A stretch of 64,000 nt of DNA from Spirulina sp. (GTDB lineage Bacteria; Cyanobacteriota; Cyanobacteriia; Phormidesmidales; Phormidesmidaceae). The DNA lies in assembly GCA_044070495.1 (NCBI GenBank), contig JBIPSI010000002.1:64001-128000 (forward strand), given 5' to 3'. Positions within the stretch are counted from its first letter, which is position 1, and every line of letters begins with the position of its first letter. The notes under the pieces are model-generated. The model searched no databases. It was not told where the DNA came from and saw only the letters and a list, made by a program, of their open reading frames with translations. A program made the position numbers and the translations under genes. Shown piece by piece: positions 40,286-50,517 of this stretch.

Positions 40286-40370
40286 CTAACATCATTGGCC
40301 CTAGTCATCTCCCCAGGGTTGCCCAGGGTTGCCTCTGGGCGGTAAGCTCAATCCACTGAGTTGGGGAGAT

Positions 40371-41222
40371 GTGGTGGGGATTTCAGAGCAAACCGTCGTT
40401 GTTAATGGGTTGACCTGGTTTTATCGGGAAACGGCCCCCGTGGGGGAGAGTCCGAAGTTGCCTGTGCTGCTGCTCCATGGGCTGGTGTCCCAGGGCTATA
40501 GCTGGCGCGGCATCATGCCCACCCTGGCGGAGCAGGGCTTTCAGACCATTGCCCCAGACTGGATCGGCCACGGTTTTTCGGAAAAGCCCGACAAGCGCGA
40601 CTTTGCCTACACCCCCGCTGCCCTGGTAGAAGCCCTTGGCCAGTTTTTAGACGCCCTGGAGATTCCCAAAGTACACCTCGTCGCCCAGGGATTTTTGGGT
40701 CATGTGGGGATTCTCTTTGCCTTGCAAAATCCTGATCGGGTAGAGCGCCTCGCCATTATCAATGCGCCCATTCGTGCCGAGGCCAAGCTGCCCTGGAAAA
40801 TGCGCCAGTTCGGCATTCCCTTGGCCGGAGATATGATTACGCAGGATCCCATCCTAGTAGACCGCACCCTAGAAGGCGGTGGCCCCTACCAAGTGGATGA
40901 CGATGATTTAGATGTCTACCGTCGCCCCTTTCTGCAAAGCTCCGACGTGGGCCGCGCCCTACTGGTAACGATACGCCGCATGGATTTACCCGCCACCGCC
41001 GCCGCCATCGAAACGGGCCTAAAAACCTGGGATCATCCCACCCTGCTGCTGTGGGGCCTCAGCGATCCTTGGCTGCCCGTTAGCTTGGCGGAAACCTGCC
41101 TGAAAGACCTCTCCAACGGCGAACTCAAAACCCTAGAAGAAGTCGGCCACTATGCCCAAGAAGACTGGGCCGAAAAAGTCGCAGATGCCCTCAGCGTCTT
41201 TTTGCGGCAGATGGCGGTTTAG
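40371..41222 (+). CDS. Alpha/beta fold hydrolase (haloalkane dehalogenase-like fold)
   Basis: LLLHG, APDWIGHGFSEKP, GHYAQED. Confidence 0.85.
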   Translation: MVGISEQTVVVNGLTWFYRETAPVGESPKLPVLLLHGLVSQGYSWRGIMPTLAEQGFQTIAPDWIGHGFSEKPDKRDFAYTPAALVEALGQFLDALEIPKVHLVAQGFLGHVGILFALQNPDRVERLAIINAPIRAEAKLPWKMRQFGIPLAGDMITQDPILVDRTLEGGGPYQVDDDDLDVYRRPFLQSSDVGRALLVTIRRMDLPATAAAIETGLKTWDHPTLLLWGLSDPWLPVSLAETCLKDLSNGELKTLEEVGHYAQEDWAEKVADALSVFLRQMAV

Positions 41223-41460
41223 TCATTAGCGTGTGCGCTTCATAGTGCCCCTAGGATTGTGGGCGGCCCCCTGTCTTGGGTGGAACCTGTGGGTCGATGA
41301 AAACACCACTCAATAATGAACCCCTAAAGAACAGGCTCAATTCAGGGAGAATCCTAAGTTGATGTTCCTAGCTTGGGAGGGGGCTAGATCTTCTCGCCCC
41401 CAAAGTGTGGTGGGTTAGAAATCGGGGGTCTGGGATTCGGATACGGGGGCCGTCCCAGGG

Positions 41461-44211
41461 CTAGGACTTGGAGGATGGCAGGGGATATTTAGCCATTTCG
41501 CTGGGGGTGCTACTGCTCAGAACCATCTCCTTGGTAAAGTAGCCCAGGCCTTGGATCAACCGCGCCACACAGCCGGTCCATCCAGTTTGGTGGCTGGCCC
41601 CAATGCCAGAACCATCATCGCCATTGAAGTATTCGTAGAACAGAATCAAGTCCTGCCAGTGGGGATCGGTTTGGAATTTTTCGCACGGGCCATAGACCGG
41701 ACGCCGACCGTTTTCATCCTTGAGGAAAATCCCCACAATGCGGTCACTGAGGCACTGGGCTACATCGAAGAGATCCTTTTGTTCCCCGGATCCCGTGGGA
41801 TATTCCACAGTGAAATCGTCGCCGTAGTAGCTGTAGAGTTGCAGCAAGGCCCGCACCAGCAACAGGTTCATGGGCATCCACACCGGGCCACGCCAGTTGG
41901 AGTTGCCGCCAAACATACCGGAGGTGGAATCGCCGGGGACATAGCCCACCTTGTATTCCTGGCCGCCATGGTAGAAGACGTAGGGGTGGTCGAGGTGGTA
42001 GCGGGAGAGGGAACGAATGCCGTGGGGGCTGAGGAATTCGCTTTCGTCCAGCATCCGCGACAGCACCCGTTTGAGCTTGTCCTCGTTCAGCACCGAGAGC
42101 ATGTAGCGATCCCGCACGCCCAGTTGGGTGGTGAGGTGGATGTTGTGGGTGAGTTCCGGGTGTTTGCCAAGGAATTCAGTAATTTCCTTGGCCAGCCTAG
42201 GCAATTTCTGAAGCACGTCGCGATGGAACACCGCCACCGCCATCACCGACAGTAGCCCCACCAGCGACCGCACCTTTAGTCGGGTGGAGGTGCCATCGGG
42301 CAGACGCAGCACGTCGTAGAAGAAGCCGTCCTCCTCATCCCACAGTTCATCGTTGTGTTCGCCGATGCGATCCATGGCCCCGGCAATCCACATGGTGTGC
42401 TGGAAGAATTTGAGGGCAAAGTCTTCGTAGAGGGAATCGTGCAGGGCCAGTTCGATGGCAATTTGGAACATCTGCTGGCTAAAGAACACCATCCAGGCGG
42501 TGCCATCGGCCTGTTCTAGGTGGCCCCCGGTGGGTAGGGGCGAACTGCGGTCAAACACGCCGATGTTATCCAGCCCTAGGAAGCCCCCCTGAAACAGGTT
42601 GTTGCCGCCCTCGTCCTTGCGGTTGACCCACCAGGTGAAGTTAATCAGCAGTTTCGAGAAGGCATATTTAAGGAACTCAATGTCCCCTTGGCCCTCGTTA
42701 GAGAGGCGATCACGGGTGTAGATTTCCCAGGTGGCCCAGGCATGGACGGGCGGGTTGACATCGCCAAAGTTCCACTCATAGGCAGGAATTTGGCCGTTGG
42801 GGTGAAGGTAATCTTCCCGTAGCATCAGCATCAATTGATCCTTGGCGAACCCTGGATCGATGGTGCTGATGGGGATAACGTGGAAGGCCAAATCCCAGGC
42901 GGCGTACCAGGGGTATTCCCACTTGTCGGGCATGGAAACGATGTCATCGTTTTTCATGTGGAACCAGTCGCTGTTCCGCACCCGCTTTTTGTCCGCCTGA
43001 GAACTCCAGGGGTTGACGTTGCGTTCCCGCAGCCAGGGATCCAAGTCGTAGTAGAAGTACTGCTTCGTCCACATCATCCCGGCTAGGGCTTGGCGCATCA
43101 CCATGGCCCGGTCGGCATCGGCCTGCACTGCGGGCGGTGTTACCGTCATGTAAAACTCGTCCGCCTCTTGCAGTCGCGTGGCAAAGGTTTGATCAAAATA
43201 ATCGCTAAAGGGATCGCCCACTTGGTCAGGAGCCGCCTTGGTGAGCCGCAGTTTGATCACCGTGGTTTCTCCGGCCCCAACGGTGATCTGGTAGTGGGGG
43301 GCCACCTTGGTGCCGACACAATCAGGATTTACCGCATCCTGTTGGCCGTGGACGACGTAGTTGTTGAAAGCGTCCTTGACGTAGGGGTTTTCGTTGGGCT
43401 GGCCAAAAATGCGCTCGGTGTTGGTTTCGTTGTCGGTGAACAGCAGCGTCCCCCCGGCTTGGCAATAGAAATAGTAGTCGTGGATGAAGGGCGTGAGCAC
43501 CGGATTATTCACATGGGCCTGCACCACGCCGCAGTTCAATCCAGATTGTTGGGTCATCTGCGGTTTTTCCCCGGTGTCCTCCCAAGACCAGGTATTGCGG
43601 AACCACAGAGTGGGCAGCACATGGAGCGGAGCCGCCTCTGGCCCCCGGTTGGCGACGGTGATTTGGATCATCACGTCTTCGGCGTCGGCCTTGGCATACT
43701 CCACAAACACGTCGAAGTAACGGTTTTCGTCAAAGATGCCCGTATCCAGCAGCTCATACTCCGGCTGGTAGCGATCCCGGCTGGCGTTGGTTTTCACCAG
43801 GTCTTCGTAGGGATATTCCCCCTGGGGATACTTGTACAGATACTTCATGTAGGAGTGGGTGGGGGTACTGTCTAGGTAGAAGTAGTACTCTTTCACGTCC
43901 TCGCCGTGGTTGCCCTCGCTGTTGGTGAGGCCAAAGAGGCGTTCTTTGAGGATGGGATCCTGGCCATTCCAGAGGGCCAGGGCAAAACAGAGCAGGCTAT
44001 GGTCGTCACAGATACCACCCAGGCCGTCTTCCCCCCAGCGGTAGGCACGGGATCGGGATTGGTCGTGGGGAAAGTAGTTCCAGGCATTGCCATCGGTGCT
44101 GTAATCTTCGCGCACGGTGCCCCACTGGCGTTCGCTGAGGTAAGGCCCCCATTTGTACCAGTTGGTTTCACCGTCGTAGAGCTGTTTTAGACGTAGGGAT
44201 TCCGGGGTCAT
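41461..44211 (-). CDS. Glycoside hydrolase, GH63/MGH1-like glucosidase
   Basis: WGPYLSERQWGTVREDYS, PDKWEYPWYAAWDL, GASHQTGWT. Confidence 0.88.
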   Translation of the reverse strand: MTPESLRLKQLYDGETNWYKWGPYLSERQWGTVREDYSTDGNAWNYFPHDQSRSRAYRWGEDGLGGICDDHSLLCFALALWNGQDPILKERLFGLTNSEGNHGEDVKEYYFYLDSTPTHSYMKYLYKYPQGEYPYEDLVKTNASRDRYQPEYELLDTGIFDENRYFDVFVEYAKADAEDVMIQITVANRGPEAAPLHVLPTLWFRNTWSWEDTGEKPQMTQQSGLNCGVVQAHVNNPVLTPFIHDYYFYCQAGGTLLFTDNETNTERIFGQPNENPYVKDAFNNYVVHGQQDAVNPDCVGTKVAPHYQITVGAGETTVIKLRLTKAAPDQVGDPFSDYFDQTFATRLQEADEFYMTVTPPAVQADADRAMVMRQALAGMMWTKQYFYYDLDPWLRERNVNPWSSQADKKRVRNSDWFHMKNDDIVSMPDKWEYPWYAAWDLAFHVIPISTIDPGFAKDQLMLMLREDYLHPNGQIPAYEWNFGDVNPPVHAWATWEIYTRDRLSNEGQGDIEFLKYAFSKLLINFTWWVNRKDEGGNNLFQGGFLGLDNIGVFDRSSPLPTGGHLEQADGTAWMVFFSQQMFQIAIELALHDSLYEDFALKFFQHTMWIAGAMDRIGEHNDELWDEEDGFFYDVLRLPDGTSTRLKVRSLVGLLSVMAVAVFHRDVLQKLPRLAKEITEFLGKHPELTHNIHLTTQLGVRDRYMLSVLNEDKLKRVLSRMLDESEFLSPHGIRSLSRYHLDHPYVFYHGGQEYKVGYVPGDSTSGMFGGNSNWRGPVWMPMNLLLVRALLQLYSYYGDDFTVEYPTGSGEQKDLFDVAQCLSDRIVGIFLKDENGRRPVYGPCEKFQTDPHWQDLILFYEYFNGDDGSGIGASHQTGWTGCVARLIQGLGYFTKEMVLSSSTPSEMAKYPLPSSKS

Positions 44212-44546
44212 AGGAAAAATCCTGGGGGTAGGGGCAATGGGATCACCGACACTAAGCCCAGAGGATTTGGCCCTGGGCTGCATTGAATTGGGCTACAGCA
44301 TTTATAGAGCATCTAGCTGGGTTTTGGGTGATCCCTTCAGGATTGAAAACCGGAAAGTCGGATCTGTCCTGCCCTAGGCCAGCCCCAGGGGCATCGAGTC
44401 CTAGACCACCCATCCGGCCAAGCCCGGAAACCGCCCCCTTCCCGCCCTGGCCTAGGAGCCGAGCGACCATTAAGCTAGATAACAATAGACCGACTCTCAA
44501 CCTAGGGCAGCACCCCACCCATCGGGTATTTTTCCCCCCAGCAGCC

Positions 44547-45179
44547 ATGACCTCGTTCCCCCCTCAGCCATCATGGGCCGATGAGGACTCAGCTTCCATC
44601 CGCCCATGGCTCATTCCCCCGCCCCCCGATTCCGACCCCGTGGTTTGGGCGAATCGCTACCTAGGCTGGGTGCGCCAGCGATCCCTCCAGACGGATTGGA
44701 TCGCCATCACCAGTGCCGATGTGCACCACTTGGCGGTACTCACCGCCATTGGCCAACGCATTCACATCCTCAACCAGCGCCTAAACGATAGCCTGCTGAC
44801 CTTGCTGAACGGCCTGCGCCCAGAGGAACGACCTACGATTCAACTGGTGGCCGCCCCCATCGCCCTAAAAGTCGGGATCGATGGTTTCTGCAACCTCAAT
44901 ACCCAGCCCGTCACCCTAGTGGTAGACCCCAGTCGCATCGATCCCGTCGATTGGCCCCACCTGGTGGCCCACGAACTAGCCCATGCCATCACCCAAGGAT
45001 CGGGCCATGGTTCCCAGTTTTTTCAAGTCCTGTCCTCCCTCTGCCTCGCCCAGGATTTGCCCATTCCCCCTAGCGACAGCTTGCAGCGGGGCGTTCTACC
45101 CTACTGGCCGCCCTGCCGCCCCAATCCAGAGGCCGACCTGTTTTGGGTGGAGGGACGGTGGTCGGACAGTCTCCCCTAA
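44547..45179 (+). CDS. Zinc-dependent metalloprotease-like protein (SprT-like)
   Basis: AHELAH...GHG motif; start placed at MTSF. Confidence 0.6.
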   Translation: MTSFPPQPSWADEDSASIRPWLIPPPPDSDPVVWANRYLGWVRQRSLQTDWIAITSADVHHLAVLTAIGQRIHILNQRLNDSLLTLLNGLRPEERPTIQLVAAPIALKVGIDGFCNLNTQPVTLVVDPSRIDPVDWPHLVAHELAHAITQGSGHGSQFFQVLSSLCLAQDLPIPPSDSLQRGVLPYWPPCRPNPEADLFWVEGRWSDSLP

Positions 45180-45270
45180 GCCCTAGTTCTCTCGGAAGAC
45201 GGCATCCCAGGCTGGTCGTTGGGTGGGACAATAGCCATGACCCTATCGGCCTAAGGAATCAATCACGGCT

Positions 45271-45828
45271 ATGAAACGTCTATTTGCCATCCTCGGACTT
45301 GTTGCCATGCTGTGGTGGATGGGAGCGAGCCCCGCCGCCGCTGCCATTCCAGAGGATGTTCAAAAACTGCTAGAAACCAACGAATGCCCCGTCTGCATTC
45401 TCAATGAGGCCAACCTAGAAGGGGCCAACCTGGCCAACGCCAACCTCAAAATTGCCGTCTTGGTTAAGGCCAACCTCGTCAATGCCGACTTACAGGATGC
45501 CAACCTGATGCTGAGCGACATGGAAGCCGCCAACCTCACGGGCGCAAACCTCGCCAATGCCCGCATGAACGGGGCCAATCTGCTCCGCACCACCTTGGCC
45601 GGAGCCGACTTGTCTGGAGCGGAAATGACCCAGGCCAACCTCGAAGACGCTGACCTATCGGGGGCCAACCTCTCCAATGCCATCATGCTGAGCGTCACCC
45701 TAGGATCCGCCAACATGAAAAACGCCAACCTCACGGGGGCCAATCTGCGCGGCGTTAACCGCAGCATGGTGCTGTTCTGCAACACCACTATGCCCGATGG
45801 AGCCATCGAAAATCGCGACTGCGGCTGA
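45271..45828 (+). CDS. Secreted pentapeptide-repeat protein
   Basis: Signal peptide, CxxC, A(N/D)LxG repeats. Confidence 0.9.
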   Translation: MKRLFAILGLVAMLWWMGASPAAAAIPEDVQKLLETNECPVCILNEANLEGANLANANLKIAVLVKANLVNADLQDANLMLSDMEAANLTGANLANARMNGANLLRTTLAGADLSGAEMTQANLEDADLSGANLSNAIMLSVTLGSANMKNANLTGANLRGVNRSMVLFCNTTMPDGAIENRDCG

Positions 45829-45946
45829 TGGATAGGCCTTGGGGTCGCCCAATCCAGAAGACACAACGGAATGGCCTCTAGACCAAGCCCTGGGCCATTT
45901 CCGTGCCTCCCGCTTTGTCGTCGTGAGTTAATGAGTCAGATGACCG

Positions 45947-46576
45947 TCAGTTCACGGATTTTGGATCTTGACCGTAGGCTTGCCAAGCTAAGTCAACCAA
46001 CCCGTTGACAATGGCGGCGGCCACCACGGCGCTACCCTTACGGCCATCAATGCGAACGTGGGGAATCATCGTGTCTTGTAGGCGATCCTTCAATACTGCC
46101 GTGTCGAGGAAACCCGCTGGTGTGCCCACCACCAAGGCCGGACGGACCTTCTGGGTCTCAATCAGATCCACCAGCGTAGCCAGCGCCACTTCCGAAGACC
46201 CCACCACAAAAATCGCCTCTGGATAACGGAGCGCCAGGGTTTCAATCCCCCATGCCGCCTGACTTTTACCCTTTTGGGGACGGGTCAGGGCATCCATGCT
46301 GCAATAGACTGGGTTAGCAAAGGTGGCCTGGATAGCAGGGGTGATGCCCACCTGCACCATGGGCACGTCTACCACGATGGTGGTACGGGCCGCTAGGGCC
46401 GCCGCCCCCGATTGCAGCGCTTGGTCAGAAAAACGAATATGGGCCGCATAATCAAAATCCGCTGTGGTATAGATGACCCGACGCACAATTTCATACTCCG
46501 CCGGGGAAAAGCCATGATCGCCAATTTCGTTGTCAATCACTCGCAGGCTTTGGGCGTCGGTCACATGCCATTCCAT
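45947..46576 (-). CDS. cobH: Precorrin-8X methylmutase
   Basis: RRVIYTTADF, GTPAGF, GRKGSAVVAAAIVNGL. Confidence 0.85.
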   Translation of the reverse strand: MEWHVTDAQSLRVIDNEIGDHGFSPAEYEIVRRVIYTTADFDYAAHIRFSDQALQSGAAALAARTTIVVDVPMVQVGITPAIQATFANPVYCSMDALTRPQKGKSQAAWGIETLALRYPEAIFVVGSSEVALATLVDLIETQKVRPALVVGTPAGFLDTAVLKDRLQDTMIPHVRIDGRKGSAVVAAAIVNGLVDLAWQAYGQDPKSVN

Positions 46577-46671
46577 GAATCTGTCCAGACTGCATAAATT
46601 CTGTAGCTACCATAGCTCACTTTAGGTCGCAGAAAACCCACAATTTTTCCCCTGAAATGTTCATAGCCAAC

Positions 46672-46698
46672 AAAAAAAGTCGCCCCTGTCGGAACGAC
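46672..46698 (-). terminator. Intrinsic terminator of sigA
   Basis: Minus strand GTCGTTCC...GGGGCGAC followed by T7. Confidence 0.7.
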
Positions 46699-46702
46699 CT
46701 CT

Positions 46703-46736
46703 CTATGGATAACGGCTATGGATAACGGCTATGGAT
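46703..46736. repeat. 13-bp tandem repeat CTATGGATAACGG x2.6
   Basis: Read directly from the sequence. Confidence 0.85.
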
Positions 46737-46765
46737 GCACCGATATCATGCTCCGACAAAGCAAT

Positions 46766-47935
46766 CTAGCGGATGTATTCCTTTAGAATGCTGTTGCGGT
46801 TGGGGTGACGCAGCTTACGCAAGGCCTTCGCTTCAATTTGGCGAATGCGCTCACGGGTAACGTTGAAGATCTGGCCGATTTCCTCCAGGGTCTTCATGCG
46901 GCCATCGTCAAGGCCGTAGCGCAGGCGGAGGACATCCCGTTCGCGGGGGCTGAGGGTACCCAACACGCTTTCTAGGTCTTCGCGCAGCAGGCTCTTAGAC
47001 ACCTGATCCTCTGGGGTTTCACCATCGGACTCGATGAAGTCGCCTAGGCGAGAATCCTCTTCTTTACCAATGGGAGTCTCTAGGGAGATGGGAAGCTGGG
47101 CCGACTTGGCAATAAAGCGCAGCTTCTCGATGGTCATCTCCATGCGAGTGGCAATCTCTTCCTCGGTGGGCTTGCGGCCTAGTTCTTGGGAGAGCAGTTT
47201 CGTGGTCTTCTTAATGCGCGAGATGGTTTCATAGAGGTGAACGGGCAGGCGAATGGTGCGGGATTGGTCGGCAATGGCCCGCGTAATGGCCTGACGAATC
47301 CACCAAGTGGCGTAGGTCGAGAACTTGTAGCCCTTTTCGTGGTCAAATTTCTCGGCGGCCCGAATCAAGCCTAGGCTGCCCTCTTGGATCAAATCTTGGA
47401 AGGACAGTCCTCGGTTCATATACTTCTTGGCGATGGATACCACCAGTCGCAGGTTGGACTGCACCATCTTATCCTTGGCCCGTCGTCCAACGTGAACCCG
47501 GTGGCGGAAGGCTCCAACGGTAAAGGTGGTTCCCTCCTCCTGCATCACCGCTGCGGCCCACTGTTCCCACTCTTCAGCGGTCAGTTCTTGGCTCAACCCT
47601 TGGAGGTCGTGCTCTAGGTTGTCGGACAGATCATCAAAAATGCGCTCTAGCTTCAGCAGGTCGGCAATCTTACGGGCTAGCTCAATTTCTTCCTCAGCCC
47701 GCAGGAGGCGAATACGGCCAATTTCCTGGAGGTAGAGACGGATAGAATCTTCAGTGTAGTGACGTTTTTTAGCCGAGGGCCGACGGCGGGTGGCTTTCCC
47801 CTTGGCTCCCTTAGCGGTAGAGTCTGCCTCATCATCGGTAGCAACGTCGTTCTCGTCATCATCGACATCGTCAACGAGTAGGTCGATCTCACTATCGGCT
47901 TCGATGGTGTCGAGCAGCTGGTTTGCTTGGGTCAT
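46766..47935 (-). CDS. sigA: Principal RNA polymerase sigma factor SigA/RpoD
   Basis: [51 protein letters not shown]; start placed at MTQAN. Confidence 0.96.
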   Translation of the reverse strand: MTQANQLLDTIEADSEIDLLVDDVDDDENDVATDDEADSTAKGAKGKATRRRPSAKKRHYTEDSIRLYLQEIGRIRLLRAEEEIELARKIADLLKLERIFDDLSDNLEHDLQGLSQELTAEEWEQWAAAVMQEEGTTFTVGAFRHRVHVGRRAKDKMVQSNLRLVVSIAKKYMNRGLSFQDLIQEGSLGLIRAAEKFDHEKGYKFSTYATWWIRQAITRAIADQSRTIRLPVHLYETISRIKKTTKLLSQELGRKPTEEEIATRMEMTIEKLRFIAKSAQLPISLETPIGKEEDSRLGDFIESDGETPEDQVSKSLLREDLESVLGTLSPRERDVLRLRYGLDDGRMKTLEEIGQIFNVTRERIRQIEAKALRKLRHPNRNSILKEYIR

Positions 47936-48300
47936 ACCGCGATCCTCGTGCTCCTTCAATTCAAGACAAAGGTTTGTTCAGACTAACAGTTCAGACCCTT
48001 GAATGCCCATCCCGCCCAGAAAGATCCTGAAGGGAGGGGAATTGGGGCTGCTGAACCTGATATAGACACACCCGAAAACGGGAGGCCATCGGTGTACACC
48101 TAGCTCAATACAACCCTCTTTCTATCGAAGGTATTGAAGTATTCAGCGTGTGGCTTACTAATTCTAACCGTAAAGTTTCTGGGCTGCACAGGTTGTCAGT
48201 GAGTTGCGTCACGTAATCCGCTAAATCACTGAAAGAAATCACGTTGGCGGTAGATATATCCTGGGTTCTGGCAAGTTTTGTTAGAACCCAGATTTGAAAA

Positions 48301-48363
48301 AGGGTCAGAAGACCTGACCCCTACATAGTCCCAACATGGTGGGGCGTGGAAACCATGCCCGGT
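48301..48363. repeat. REP doublet (REPIN-like)
   Basis: AGGGTCAG..GACCTGACCCCTAC, spacer, GTGGGGCG..GCCC; paralogous to 55170..55233. Confidence 0.75.
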
Positions 48364-48438
48364 AGACAATCCTGGGTTAGGCAACGATTAGGCATCCCTC
48401 ACCGAGCCAAGAACTGCCCTACCCCACATCTTGCGAGG

Positions 48439-49377
48439 TCATCCTTCCTGCTGCATTTCGGCGTAGGCGGCGTAGACCCCTTGGACGTTGTACCAGTTGA
48501 GAAAGACCCTGGCCACCTCTAGGGCCAGTTGAGGTTTCCCTTGGGCAATCAGCCAGCGCAGGAGAGGGGCCAAGGTATTTTCGTTGAGCCTGCCACCCAA
48601 GGAGAGCACGCCCCACAGAATCCGGTGCAGCCCGGTCATTTGGATCATCATCCGCACTTCGCGGGTGGGGTGTTTTTGGTAGAACAGCACCCCCATGCGG
48701 CCCCGCTGAATTTCCTTGTCGATCAGCGAAGGTACGTCCTCTAGGGAAAAGGGCGGGTGCCAGTGATAGCCCACGGCTTCCGGTACTTTAATGAGGGAGA
48801 GGCCCAAATTTTTCAGCCGCACCCCCAGTTCCAGGTCTTCCCAACCGTAGAGGGTGAACTGGGTATCAAACAGGCCCGCCTCCATCAGCCAGCGCTTGGC
48901 AATGGCGACGTTGCCCGTGGCAAAAAAAGCCTGGGAATAGTCGGTAATTTTGTAGGGTTCGCTGGTGGGGTGCTCAAAGTTCGCGGTGTTGACCACCCGC
49001 CCGTAGGTAAAAAAGTGGTCGTGTCCAGCCTTGATTCGGGCCGCTTGCAGGGCGGCGGCATGGGACTGCAAAAAAGTGTCTAGCACCACCAGGTCACTGT
49101 CGATGAAGATAATCATGTCCCCCTGGGCTGCTTCCACGCCTAGGTTGCGGGCAGCGGCGGGGCCTTGGTGGTCTTGCTCATGCAGCACCACGTGGGGCAG
49201 TTCGGCCTGGTGGTGTTGCAGCCAGTCCACGGTGCCATCGGTGGAACCATCGTCTACCACCACCACCTCGTAGCCTGTCACCAAGGCATCATCGTAGATT
49301 TGCTGCTCCAGCGCCCGCAGACATTTTTCCAAAATCGGCAGGCGGTTATAGGTGGGAATCACAACGCTGAAAAACAC
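48439..49377 (-). CDS. Glycosyltransferase family 2
   Basis: SVVIPTYN, VDDGSTD, FIDSD, WEDLELG. Confidence 0.92.
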   Translation of the reverse strand: MFFSVVIPTYNRLPILEKCLRALEQQIYDDALVTGYEVVVVDDGSTDGTVDWLQHHQAELPHVVLHEQDHQGPAAARNLGVEAAQGDMIIFIDSDLVVLDTFLQSHAAALQAARIKAGHDHFFTYGRVVNTANFEHPTSEPYKITDYSQAFFATGNVAIAKRWLMEAGLFDTQFTLYGWEDLELGVRLKNLGLSLIKVPEAVGYHWHPPFSLEDVPSLIDKEIQRGRMGVLFYQKHPTREVRMMIQMTGLHRILWGVLSLGGRLNENTLAPLLRWLIAQGKPQLALEVARVFLNWYNVQGVYAAYAEMQQEG

Positions 49378-49452
49378 AAGTCCCCTCCATACGGCTTCCC
49401 TATCCTAGCCCCTTCGTTACCGATCCCTAAGGTGAGTATGCCGAACCCAGGG

Positions 49453-49619
49453 CTACCGCTTATACCTAAGTCTCTATTCTCTGCTTAGTTCCTAGGTTTG
49501 ATCCCCCCTAGCCCCCCTTATCAAGGGGGGAAATGGATTCAAAGCTCCGCTTAGGAAGGGGGATTTAGGGGGATCCCCCAGGTATGACGGCATAAGAACA
49601 AGATGTGTATAAGCCGTAG
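49453..49619. mobile_element. MITE-like element
   Basis: TIRs CTACCGCTTATAC / GTATAAGCCGTAG (12/13); CCCCCCTTATCAAGGGGGG core. Confidence 0.7.
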
Positions 49620-49660
49620 TAGGGACCTAAAGGGCATACCGACAGTGGTGTCCCAACCGC

Positions 49661-49689
49661 AAAAAACGCCGGAGAAAGGCTCCCCAGCG
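49661..49689 (-). terminator. Probable terminator of the DUF4327 gene
   Basis: Minus strand CGCTGGGGAG-CCTT-TCTCCGGCG then T6. Confidence 0.55.
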
Positions 49690-49750
49690 CTTAGTTAGTC
49701 AGTTGGTAGGGTGCACTAGGTCTAGCCGTAAAGCATCAAAACCTTGTCAG

Positions 49751-49781
49751 GCATGGATTACGCTCCGCTAAGCCATCCTAC
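49751..49781 (-). repeat. REP-like palindrome GTAGGATGG...CCATGC
   Basis: Near-identical copy at 53183..53213. Confidence 0.7.
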
Positions 49782-49805
49782 GACGGGCTGGATGGGCGAT
49801 GAAAA

Positions 49806-50045
49806 CTAATCTTCTTCCCAGGTTTGTACGGCTAGCAGGTCGGCGATGGGATCTTGGGTGGAAAAGTCGAACTCTTCCAGTTCTTTCTTCCAGTGTGCCC
49901 AGTCATCGCCAAATAGGAGGGCGATTTTCCAAATAGGATCGCTGGGTTTAACCATCTTGGACTTTTTCACCAAGGACGCGACTTGCCGCTGAAATTTCAC
50001 CATGGGATGGTGGACGACAGCTACGTCGGCAGTTAGTTCAACCAT
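49806..50045 (-). CDS. DUF4327 family protein
   Basis: HPMVKFQRQVASLV...PSDPIWKIALLFGDDW...W pattern. Confidence 0.8.
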   Translation of the reverse strand: MVELTADVAVVHHPMVKFQRQVASLVKKSKMVKPSDPIWKIALLFGDDWAHWKKELEEFDFSTQDPIADLLAVQTWEED

Positions 50046-50517
50046 ATTTTCTGTTAAAAAAGTTCTTCGATATTGCGGTGGAAAGGTTAGCTCGCACAGA
50101 CTTGAAACTTGCGCTAAAGCTAACTTTGCACTTTCAGGAGGTCAGGATAACACAAGACTACGGAAAACAGTCAAACATTGATTAGAATGACAAAAACTTT
50201 CCGGCAGTAGAGCTACCCTGCTTTGGGGGCGAAAACGGCGAACTAGGCCGTTCACCCGTGGCTCCACCCACACTGTACTCACTAAAGTTACCTTTTGCCT
50301 AGGGGGCCGCCTCTATTCTTAGGAAGCCTTTAGCTTGGGGGGATAGTTGCGTACGAGTTCACCATAGCGCATTTCAGGCTGGATGGAGACGACGGAACCG
50401 GAGGCGGGGCGCGGATATCCGTACCTCAGGGCCAAGAACATCGGGCCGGGGGCGTAATCGCTCAGCATTAATCGCTAAACTAGGTCTAGTTTTCTCTGTG
50501 TTGTTAACCGTTGAGCC

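Noticed and set aside
41551..43875. Long plus-strand ORFs opposite the glucosidase, and similar ones opposite gor, argS and hisIE
   Set aside because: Antisense shadows caused by GC-rich codon bias; no recognisable motifs.
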